A stretch of 56,696 nucleotides of DNA, counting the filler, from Bipalium vagum (Eukaryota), in the NCBI GenBank assembly GCA_037834085.1. It is 3 parts of 3 records of this genome, joined end to end, with 100 filler letters (N's around TTAATTAATTAA, not from the genome) between each part and the next. Parts side by side here need not be neighbours in the genome. Positions count along the whole stretch, not along the records: positions 21,602 to 41,019 come from JBBMKC010003543.1; 2 more parts are not named here. One strand, written 5' to 3'. Under the pieces are notes generated by a model. The model made no database searches. It was not told where the DNA came from and saw nothing but the letters and a program-made list of their open reading frames with translations. Of this stretch, positions 26,330-37,229 are shown piece by piece. How positions within the stretch are numbered: position 1 is the first letter of the stretch; the number at the start of each line of letters is the position of its first letter. Made by a program: the position numbers and the translations under genes.

Positions 26330-27140
26330 ATGCCTAAGTAAGATTCACAGATGGTAGCTAAATTATTGGACACATCTAAATTTTTTGCAAAGCTCTTTTT
26401 AGAAATGAACCTTGAGTTTTTCAAAGACATTAGTACGTAAATTGAAGGTTAAAATAAAGAAACAGCCTTCAAAGTCAAAACGAGTTAATAAGTGTGAACT
26501 GCATCACATCACTAACTAATCGTAAAATAATGAATATCTGCTTAACTAATATATCCCAAACTGGAGACAGGCTTATCACCATGGCGAATAATAAAAGAAT
26601 TCGCATTTTCAAATGAACCCAACAAATGTATAATTATTTTACATAAATATGATTTTTCCACGAATCATCATTTCATATATTGGATACTAAAAAGATTTTT
26701 GCATAAAGTCATTTTATAAAGTCACATCTGTTCCTGATGTTTACCGAAAAAAATCTTACCTAAAAGCTAAAGATGTAATAACAAATAAAGATCAATTTTT
26801 TCTAAGTTAGATCAAGTTTGAGATGATTTAAAGCAATTGAAAGAAAACATCAAATTGTGTATTACTATCATGCCGATCATATTTAGGGTCTATTGGACAC
26901 AAACTATGGTGTATTTTTTAAAGACTTTACATTTATTTTAAATTTTTGTTTTTAATATATTGTTTATTTTAAGCTTATTTAATAGCTTAATAAAAACCAG
27001 CAGATTTTACATAGTTTTAAATTTTACAAACATGCAAGCTCCATTGAACAAAGAAAAATTTTGAATCCAATTTGTGACGAAACAAAAAATTTTAACGATA
27101 TTTAAAATTGACCAAGTGTACTTATCGGGCACACCATGTA
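26330..27140 (+). mobile_element. Decayed rosa/maT-like element
   Basis: PD...SYLKAK and DDLKQLKENIK resemble SPDL..GYLKxKV..LEELKENI; ends in CACCATG|TA TIR-like terminus. Confidence 0.4.
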
Positions 27141-27498
27141 TCTATTCTTGATGAAGTGACGGAACCATGACTTAAAGATAAAAAAGGATACTTAGTCCAT
27201 ACATGTACCCAATAGAAAATCTATGTGGTATCACCGTTAGGTGTGTATTCACCTATGAGGGACAATTTGACAATTCCTTTAATTTAGAAAACGCTATCCG
27301 ACATTGTCTGAATTAAATCGACATTAAACTTGACTTGATCCATGAAAAAATACGCACTTTTAATGTGCTTAAGGAAAACGGCCAGTCAAAAATATTAAAA
27401 TTCAAAAATAAATTATTTTTATATAATGTTTGTAAATATAAATGTAATGGAAGTAATTTTATTTTGCTGTTATTAATATTAATAACAGAAATATCAAA

Positions 27499-29450
27499 TA
27501 ATAGGTGTACAATTAAGTTTTAAAGCGTTTTTATTAAATGTATTTCTTCAATGTAATCTTTTATAATAATTATTTCTTTGTAATCATTTTTATTGAAGAA
27601 TTTTATAGGTTTGTTTTAATGTTTTAGAAATAGAAACTATTAATGACAAAGTCTTTATTCGCCACGCATTTCCTGTGAATTTCAACCTGAAAATCCGCTG
27701 CAGATGCTTATGCATTGATTTGTTTCATATTTGGAGATGATTTTTTTTTCAAAAGTACTTGTGAATTTTTGTTTCGCAGATTTCAGAAAGGAGATTTCGA
27801 CGCCAACGATCATGAAAATATCGAGGCTTCCTCTAACGCCAAATATACCTATCTTCAAGTTTTGATAGATATAAATTCATCACAAACGTTAGAGGAACTT
27901 ACTGAAAATATTGAAATAATTTAACAAGTGATTTCCAGTCAATTGCGTGCCATGGGAAAAATATGAAAGTTGAAAAAAAGATTTACAAATCCGTCTGGAA
28001 TAGTCGGAATTTTTGCAGAGAAGCGACCTTGGCTTCCACTTGAATGCTCGCGCCACGTCAGAGATAATTGGGCTTTGCAAGCGATTGTTGTTGCACTTCC
28101 AGTAGCTGGTTGTGTAAGGACTGACGTAATTGGAGACCTTGATGTCAGTTTTGGACATCATTGAAGAAACTATATTGATACCTTGGCGTGTCAATCAAAA
28201 TGGGGACATTGGGATTGCCCTTAACATAATCTGACGACTTCAATACCTGTTGGCTGAAGTCACAGAAATATATCGCGAGATCACAATTACGGGAGACCAA
28301 AGTGTTCGGCACAGTTATCGAAGTCGTGGGTGCAAACTCCAAAATTGTTCAGGCGAATATACCGATACCAGTTGATGCGAACAACTTAGTAGAGCAAGCA
28401 GTGTATGGTCATGATAATGATCTTCGGCAGAGTGACCATCAAGATCTGGTCGCCAAGATGGCTTGCAGGCTCAACTGGATCGAAGTCGATCAAATTGTTA
28501 TTGCCCTCACAGTTAAGTTCAAGCTGCACGATGAGGAAGCACGCAACGTTAAGCGTTTAGGCTATCGTAATGCTACGACTCGAATTCTCGACTAAGGGGA
28601 AACTCTAAATTTTTTGCTCTAAAAATTTACCCTATTGGGAGCCCATTGCCAACAATTATGAAGACAGTGCTGCTCATGATATTAACAACGTACATAACCC
28701 GCAGAAATCATCTGTTACTCATTAACCCCCCAACAGGCGAGAACATCGGAGAACCGCCTTGTAGAATCGAAAACGTCACAAAAAATCAAGAGACGTTTAG
28801 AATTGCTGGTTGGGTCAGACGTCTAAGTTGGCACTCCAACATACGAATTGAATATCAGTGGGGGATATCGCTACAATTCCGTGATTTAACATGCAACATC
28901 TGCTGAAATGGCAGATTGGTTATTCAATCCGCGCATGAATGCGCGATCTAGGCTGTTGCCAAGGTCAACAGACAATTTATACCGGACGGGGCTTTTTGTC
29001 AGAGGAAGTCTTCGAGATCAAGGCTTCTTTGGTTTTCAGAAAAGGGACACGAAGGATCTCGGGGAGGCGAGACAATCTGGTTTATCTTTAGAAAAGATAG
29101 TGACAGACTGTGGGAGCTCTCAAGAGAGTTCGAGCAGTGATGGTCATCTAAAGGCCACACTTGGCGGGGCAGTGGGTTCGAAGATAACAGAGATGTTGAG
29201 TTCTTGAAGAAACTTAGTCAGAAAAATAAAGATGACCGTATCATCATGTGCTTCAATCTCCTTACTAGACCGCATAGGATTTTTTCTTTGTGGAAAATAA
29301 TCCCTGGTGATCAATTAGGAAAATCCTAAAAGATTAGAACATCTAGGTCAATCAACAAAACGTAGATCAAAACCTCCAGTTTATTGCAAAAACCTTTGTT
29401 GTGTATCTGATAGGATATCAAGGGAGTGTGATTTTATGTTGATTTTATAA
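27499..29450 (+). mobile_element. mariner pseudogene split by a 1.2-kb insertion (parts 27499-27982 and about 29198-29450)
   Basis: TIR TAATAGGTGTACAAT; STCEFLFRRFQKGDFD...SSQTLEELT...LRAMGKI*KL before the insertion; KLSQKNKDDRIIMC, LWKIIPGD, LCI**DIKGV after it. Confidence 0.85.
27983..29197 (+). mobile_element. GC-richer insert, probable decayed 3' half of an R2-superfamily (RLE) non-LTR retrotransposon
   Basis: Across frameshifts: Y*YLGVSI (RT domain 7-like), thumb-like ORF 28302-28595, then RYNSVI and IPDG/LFVRG resembling RHN and PD endonuclease motifs, in the expected order. Confidence 0.45.
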
Positions 29451-30929
29451 TTATTAAATACATAAAAAAAATATTTTTTTGTAAATCTGATCAACCTTTG
29501 TAACGATCATGAAAAGAATGTACTATTCAATGCTACTTGACCGATTGCAAAGCTTTCTTACAATTTGACTCAAATATCCCAATCCTTGGTAGTAAAGCCA
29601 ATCTCACGAAAATAGAAAAAATGAGACAGCAATTCACTTAGTTAAAATTTCCAAAAGAAAAGACCAAAACAAAGTTTGTGGTCTGAATATTTCAAGCCAG
29701 AAATAAAGATTACTTCTTAAACCGGGTCTACTACTCACGGTGATTGTCAATGATAAAGAAAAACTTCCTCTATAATAAACGTTCAGTGGTGAATATTTTT
29801 CAAAAACAAAAATCTTTTTTTATTCAAAGCAAATCGAAAGCAGAAAAAAATTAATAAAAAAATAAAATTTTCTTATTTAAAAAGTTTCCTTTTAGTTTTT
29901 TAAAGTTACGCTGTCCTTCTTTATAGCAGACAAGAAAAATATCAACGAATATTGGAGTTTTCAAATTTTTAAAACATTTCTAGATTATGAAAATGTTTTA
30001 ATTGATTAAACAAATAATTTTTAATACTCTAAATTTTTTAATAAACTAAAATTTGTGGAAAGCATAAAATAAAGTTTTAATATCTTAAAAAATGTTTTTT
30101 TCATTAAAATTTAAAAACTTTTCATTATTAATTTTTCCCCTATTGTTAAATATATTCTGTTAGGTTATTAAATATTTGAATTTTTTGAAATAAATAATTT
30201 TTCTATCCTTCATCTAAAATTAGTTTGGAGATTTACATATTTCTGTTTTAAAAAAAGTGCTTGCCAATAATCAAATAAATTCAATGTGTGGAAAGTTAGT
30301 CACGAGAAAATCTTTGATCGATAGCACTTTATTTATTCAAACTAAATATATATTTATGAAAAAATGATGTGATATGGTCATCATTTGATTTTTCATTTAC
30401 AAGGTTTTTTCCTTATTAAACGAATACTTTTCTTCTTTTCCATTACTCATTATTAATGATTTAACTTATTTTAACAAATAATTTGAAATACAATATTTTC
30501 CAATAATCACTCTTGCTCAATCTTTTGACTTCAAGTTTTAAAACATTAGAGTTCACTGCCATCAACGTCTATAGTTCTTTCTATATTAATTTTGTATAAT
30601 CACTTTATTTAAATTATTTACCCTTCATTGAAAATTTCTATTTATTATAGTATGTGGTGCAAAATTATAATCTCATGTTTCTTTCATTAATTCTATATAT
30701 TAAATATATAAAATATTTCTATCTCATTTTACTTTAAAGCAAATACAAATTCAATATTAACTCTTATTAAATAAAAGATATGTATATTTTGTAAACTAAT
30801 ATTTTGTTATGAAATTAATGGTGCAATATTATAACCTCACTTCAGAATAATAAACTTTGTTTGGAATAGATAATTATTTAATATTATTTTTGATAAAAGT
30901 AATCTATAGTATTAACCAACTTTTAGAAA

Positions 30930-31280
30930 ATGTCAAAAGGAAGTTTTGTCACAGGAAGAAATTAGGAGCATGAATGCGTATAAACAGAGTTGTGTCAAAT
31001 CGGAAAATTGCAAAATATCAAAAACGATCTCCACATGTTATCAACAATTACATCATCACAGACGGATTCAAGAAAATCGTAATTAAAGAAATTATTCAAG
31101 TACCAAACCAATCTCAGGTAATCAAATTATTTTGGATTTGTTGTTAACCTTTTCAAGATGGCTCGTTAATAGGCACATCAATAAATCAGACATACTTAAA
31201 TGTATGATAAAACAAACAACTCTTCAATTTAGAATGCATCACAAGATAAAAATAGTTACCTGGATGGCAAAATGTGGTAA
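30930..31280 (+). mobile_element. Tc3-like transposase, 5' part (interrupted; resumes at about 35647)
   Basis: MSKG(fs)LSQEEIRSMNAYK(fs)SNRKIAKYQKRSPHVINNYI...HHKIKIVTW; similar start to the copy at 21464. Confidence 0.7.
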
Positions 31281-32040
31281 GGTCCGAAGAGAAAGCCAAT
31301 AACAGCCAATAAACTGCCACCTATGAAATTTCAAGCTTTTCTATTGGCTCCCATAGAAGCCAGTGAAATTCGATTCACTAATGAAGAATGCAATATGATC
31401 AAATTTGAAATTTTGGTGAACTTTGCGGATCAATTCCGCCATGTTCCTGCTCAAATGCCTGGATTATTTTTGCTGCCCGACGATTGGGCTATGCCCCAGT
31501 ATATCTGGGATGACAAAATTTCCAAAATCTCCGAACGTGCCAAAATTTTGCACATGTGGATTTTAGCCCTTGAGGGCGTTTTGCCACGTTTTTTTATCAA
31601 TATTATTCTCTATATGAGGCTCACCGCCATAATTCTGCCCATCTTTGCTGTTCATCTATCTTTATCGCCCAATTTATGGATAATAACTCCTTTCTATCAT
31701 CCCAACCTCCTAAAAGATCATCATACAACTCTCTATCCTCTCTCTATAGTAACTACCAATTTTTAAAGGCTTTTTACCCGTTTAAAATCTTGCCACTGAT
31801 GGGGAGCCTCAATCTATGTATATATATGTATTTTAATTTTTTTTATTTAAATTTTTCGAAAATTAAAAATTCCCAAATCCTGACCAAAACACTCTTTTAA
31901 AAATTTTTAAATTTAATAATGAAAAAATTATCTAAATCCGTGGCCGAGATCAAAAGTTACGGGACTTTCAATTCCCATTTGTTTATTAATTATTGCTTAA
32001 ATAAAGTTTATACTTAAATATAAGTTTATACTTAGAGTTA
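31281..32040. other. Unclassified inserted segment (long 5' UTR of the retroelement or a separate non-autonomous element)
   Basis: Lies between the Tc3-like 5' part and the NeSL-like coding region; ORF 31323-31766 has no recognisable motif. Confidence 0.3.
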
Positions 32041-32049
32041 TTTCTTACG

Positions 32050-35000
32050 TTTTTAAACATTGTTCATCGTCTGTTTCACATTGAATTTCGGCCCTCTCAT
32101 TAGAGTTCGTCATCTGGCTCTTTCTCTTTTCGTCCCCTGGCCATCCTCTACTTCCGGTTGCCTTCCGGTTTTGTCCTCTTCCAATAATATTCTGTTGAAA
32201 ATCGACCATTTCCTTATGGAATTTTTTACCATCTTTGGTGCCTTCTATCATCTTTATGTTCACCTTATGCACCAACAGCTCCTCTTCGCTGCCTCGGTGA
32301 GTGCGGTAGAGTCCCAAATTCTTCGTCTGATGGCACCCAAACAGGTCAAAATCTAATATAATATGAGCTTCTGGAGGACGTTTCAGAACACCGAATATGC
32401 TCCTCCAGAAGCTGCTCCTTCTTCGATTGCTTCCTCTGAATCCCCTTCTACGGCTCAACGACATCGTCGGTGTAACTGACTCCGAGGTAAAGATCAAAAA
32501 CAAGACACTCAGTCAAAACCTCCTCCGCATCCGGCCCCGTCTAAGCTTGAATCTCTCCTTATTTCCTGCCCAAATGGCTCTTCCTCTGGCCGAACGGTGA
32601 CAATCAAAAGTAGTCTGAGTATACCTCCAGAGAGTGGAACCCGTGAATTTAATTTGTGGAATCAGTTTCCCACCATCCTGTAGTAGCTTCCTCGCCTGCT
32701 TCGCTCTCTCGCTGTGTCTGCATCACCTCGATCCCCAGTTCTCCTGAGGTTCTGGAGGTGAATGTTGAAGACCAGATTTCGGACTCCCTCTCCATGGACC
32801 AGACTATTAATCTTGGTGCTATCAATTTCTTTGGTGACACCGAGGACAATATCCCGGTCATTGCGGTCGCCCTCTCCCTGGATGTGCTCAAATGTGCGCA
32901 TTGTCGTAAGATATTTGGATAAACATCTGGCCCAGGTCCACCGGTTTGAGTTGAGTGGCTTGCAGGTGTACAAGTGCGTCTGTGGGCTGATCCTCAATCG
33001 GGAGGCCTTCTTCCCCCATGTGCTCACCCATAAGCGGGCATCTTCCTCACCTCCGATTTACTCACTGGACGATATCCCTGTGACGGAAGATGATAGATCC
33101 TCCAGTTGACTCAGAGGACATGCAATCGAGGCCTATTTGAGGGCCAACATTTTGGACCCCCTTGTCATCTTTGTTAGGCCCGGGCCTGCGATTGCCCTCA
33201 TGCAGAGGAATGCCCGCGACTTTTATTCACTCTTTCCTTTTCACCGCATGTCCCAGTGGTCCATCCTCCTTTGGCCCATCCTTTGGGAGAGGAAACACGG
33301 CTCCTCCTCATTGTTGACCACGCTCTTTCGTGTTCCTTCCTCCTCGATCCAGCCAAACCCTCCTTGTCTCGCGAGCAACTGGAGCTTCACCGTACCCTCA
33401 ATACGGTTATTACGAAGCTCTGTTGCACGCTTGAGACAAATACCATCACGGAGGGATCCATCCCTGGTCTTCCTCTCCAGGAATCCACGACAGATTGCGG
33501 CTTCTTCATCGTCCAATATGCTCTGGATTACGTGGGGGGCTGCCGGGACTCTTTTACCACCCCGGATATCGCCGCAATGAGAATTTCTTTGGCATCCATT
33601 TTCGACGACATCCTCAAAAACCGGGTGTGTAGACCTGATGTTGCTCCTGCCATGCAGATCCATCCGATCCTGAATGAAGGACTCTCCCTCCTTGATCCTG
33701 CTGACCCCTCCTGTGACCTTGACTTTATCCTGGATTTTGTCAAACGCGCTGCGGCTCTACTCTTTCCGGCCAGATTTGAGACCAAAACGGTCAAGGGCCC
33801 AGCCTCGGCTCACCAGGAGAAGGCCAGCTCCTCTGCCTATCGTCTCCGGCAATCCTATGAGCTCAATCCGAAATCTACCTTCCTTGATCTTCTTCCGAAC
33901 GCCTTCCTCGTTTCCGGCATGTGATGATATCTTATCTCACTTCTCCTCTATTGCTCCGCCTCCGGTTGACACCCGTTTACATCCTGCTCTCAAATCCTCT
34001 GCCTTTGCGGGGCTCAGGCTTCCTACGAATGCTGCGGAAGTCGTCAAGGTTTTCAAAACGACTTCCACATCCTCTCCGGGCACTGATGGCCTCACCTACT
34101 CTGATTGGCGAGCCATCGACCCGGAATGCGTCTTCCTTGTGGCCCTTTTTAACCACATTCTTCGTCATTGCCACACTCCTAAAACATGGAAGACATTCAA
34201 GACCCTCTTGAATTTGAAGCCGGGCAAAATCAAGTTCTCCCATCTTCCAGGGTCTTGGAGGCCTATTGCTATAATGACAACATCTTATCGCCTATTCGCC
34301 CTCCTTCTCAACAATCATCTTCTTGATTGGATAATCCCGGCAGGCCTTCTGCACCACAATCAGAAGGCCATCCACTCACAGAATGATTGTGGGGAACACA
34401 ACGAAACGATTGTTGGCCTGTATGAATATTGCCGCTCGATCCAGAAGGAGCTCCATGTGTGCTTTCTGGACGTTGCAGAGGCATTTCCCAGTCTGCCGCA
34501 TGAGCTCCTCTGGATCACCCTTCGGAAATCCGGTATGATTGATACTGATATCAGGCTCCTTCAAGACATTTACGCGGACAACTCTACCTTCTAAGTATGT
34601 CATCACCTCACTACGCCATCCATTGACATACATAGAGGGGTTAAACAGGGTTGTCCGTTATCCATGTCTCTTTTTGGCCTTTCCAATAACTTCCTCCTCG
34701 AGCACTTACAATCATATGCCAACCGCCTCCAAGTGTTCGGGGACACCTTTGATTGCTTAGCGTACGCCGATGACATCGCGGTCATAGCACCCTCACACGG
34801 TAAGCTACAGACCATGATTGAGGCCCTCTCTGGTCTTACCAAGGCAATTCACCTCTCCTTCAGACCGATCAAGTGTGGCTACCTTTGCCTTGGTACTCCT
34901 TATTCATGGCGAACTTGTCCCTCCTGTGGATCCTGCCCATGTGTACTCCTATCTAGGGGTTACACATGGCGCTGACCTCCGTACCTCCACGGATGTGATC

Positions 35001-35645
35001 CTTGAAAGGAACCTTGACGATTTCAGTCACATTATCCGCTCCGATTTGCATCTGGCAATATATATATCTGGCATTATCCACTTATATAAGACATTTCTGC
35101 ACTCGCGACATCCATTCCACTTCTCCAATCGTGTTGTGGACCACCTTACACTTGCGTCTAAGCAGGCCCGTCAAGCCCTCCATCGCAAACAGCAGACGGG
35201 TTACACGGTGGTTTTTTGTTTATTTGGTTGTGTAGTCCCAGTTTTTTATTTGTTTTCTTTTGTCTTTTACCTTTCGGTTTTATTTTATAGTAGTCTTACA
35301 GTATAATTGTGTAAAGTTTATCCTAACGATCCCCTTTTTATTATCCCCCTGTATAGCCACCTGGGTCCTACTGGCCCGCCTTTTATCCATAGTTTGTGTG
35401 ATTTGTTGGAATTTTTGTTGGTTTTTTTTCCTATCCCCACTGGCAGATGTCGACTGCATTGAGGATAGAGATCAAATTAATCTCATTAATGAGCCAATGT
35501 GCTTGGTCCCGACCCTTAAATTGCTTTTATGTTTATTTTCAGGTATCGCGGATGGAGCACATTGTCAACCATTAATGACTGAGAGAACAGTATATGGTTA
35601 AAATTTTGTTGTCATTTACACTGTACATATAACAGTCTGTAGTGT
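32050..35645 (+). mobile_element. NeSL/Utopia-type non-LTR retrotransposon (R2 superfamily): 2 C2H2 zinc fingers, Ulp1/C48 protease, RT; pseudogenised, endonuclease part missing
   Basis: GC-rich island. CAHC..HLAQVH and CVCG..HVLTH fingers (32890-33035); *LRGHAIEAYL, KH(W)LLLIVD, LLDP, LQESTTDCGFFI (Ulp1); SPGTDGLTYSDWRAIDP, WRPIA, FLDVAEAFPSLPH, RGVKQGCPLS, LAYADD (34763), YLG; T-rich 3' region 35200-35645. Confidence 0.9.
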
Positions 35646-35646
35646 T

Positions 35647-35930
35647 GATAATAAATAAATATTTCCATGAAAAAAAGTTTAGAGGTCCTGGTAGCTTTAA
35701 TTGCTACTGGCATGATCTTCTCAAAGATAATTATATCAATCAAAAGATCGATGGGTGGAAGCATTTTTATTATTTTGGGTGATATTTCGGAGGTGATATT
35801 AGTATCGTGATGCAACACTTAATACTGAAGGTTATCGAAAACATACTTAGTCAAATAATTAAAAGATTTGGCACCTCAGATTTGCAAGACAATTTTCAAA
35901 AGCTACTTATGCAATGACTTAAAATCATCT
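35647..35930 (+). mobile_element. Tc3-like transposase, catalytic part resuming after the insertion
   Basis: HEKKFRGPGSFNCYW(fs)HDL...RSMGGS...LQDN, matching Tc3 FSDEKKFNLDGPDG..YWHDL..GGGS..QQDN. Confidence 0.7.
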
Positions 35931-36499
35931 ATGGGAAAACATTTTAATTGAAAGAAAGGATAGCTTACCAAGCAAAATTTTATAAGTTATTTTAAACAAA
36001 GGAGTAAAAACGAAATATTAGTGTTAATATTGTTGATAGAAAATATGTATACCTGTTTTTAAAAGAAACTTTTAGTGAGGTTACAATTTTGCACTAATCA
36101 TTTTACCCAAATTTCGGAAATGTTGGAAAACTAGAATTGGAAAGTTAGAATTGATTTTAACAATATAAAATAAAAATATTTTTTAATATTTCCTAATATA
36201 TCTTAATAATAATTAAAGAAATGGGGTTATGTTATAATTTTGCATCAGTGTAAATACACTTTTATAAATAATAGGTAAAACGACCATAATTCAATAAATT
36301 CTAAATTGGCAAGTAAATTTAATATACCAAAATATATATGGGAGTGCAAGTGGAATTGACAAAATTTTCAAAATGTAAAAATGTTAATAAACAATTATTT
36401 TTATTCCATGAAATTAATTTATAGATTTCATTCATCAATAAACAATTAAAAAATTCCGACAGTAAATAAATTAAAATGGCCGAAGATTGGAAAAAATTA

Positions 36500-37120
36500 C
36501 AGTGAAACCTGTTAAATTGAACACCTTTTAAATTTAAACATTTTTATACGTACAAAGGATTATAAAATAATCTCTGTTTTTCGAACACTTGTCCAATTTT
36601 TAAATCGAAACTTTTTTAAAACTTTATTATTAAAACGATTAAAAAAATAATTATTGTAATTTTGGCAAATAATTGTCAATTTGTTTAACTAATAATTTAA
36701 TTTGAAATTTTAAAAATTAATTAATTTTAAAATATGCCAAAAAGGTAAACATTTAACTATTCTATATAGAATGAAATACATAGAATTCTTTTAAAAATAT
36801 ATTTCCGTACTATCAGCAGCTTAAAAAATATGTGATTTCAATTGGTACCGTATCTAGTCTAAGCAAGAAAGAGAGACAAATTGAAGTCAAACTTTTGAAT
36901 AATGAAGCACTTGGTTCCAGACTCACTGGAAAGCCTGCTATATTGGATGAAAAAACATATAACACGTTTACGGCAGTCAGATTCAATATTCCGAAATCTG
37001 GTCAAATTATTTTAGAAAAGGCCAAAAGAAAAGCAAGATTCATATTTATTGATGATTTTAAAGCATTCCGTAAGAAACATAGTTTGTATCATGTTCCTAA
37101 ATTCTGGGTCTAGTTATAAA
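36500..37120 (+). mobile_element. pogo/Tigger-like 5' remnant (CENP-B HTH)
   Basis: TA|CAGTGAAACCTG TIR; ORF 36832-37113 has IPKSGQIILEKA...FKAFRKKH (CENP-B HTH-like). Confidence 0.7.
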
Positions 37121-37229
37121 AATATGATTTGAAATTGATGAATTGATTATATTTGAAAACACAATTATATAGGTAATTAAAATGTAATTTTTATTTAACA
37201 TTTTTTTCTATTAAATAAACTAGTGGACT

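Noticed and set aside
23550-33110. TGA at conserved Trp positions suggesting a UGA=Trp genetic code
   Set aside because: Trp codons are also replaced by TAG (e.g. CI**DIKG, GDET*V), TGA also replaces Gly, and the host gene ends in TGA. This is mutational decay, not recoding
32045-34842. Numerous minus-strand ORFs over the retroelement
   Set aside because: Antisense by-products of GC-rich coding DNA; all recognisable motifs are on the plus strand
35390-35410. GTGATTTGTTG resembling part of a flatworm spliced-leader exon as the NeSL target
   Set aside because: Only an 11-nt match in T-rich DNA; no ATG|GT donor or Sm-site context
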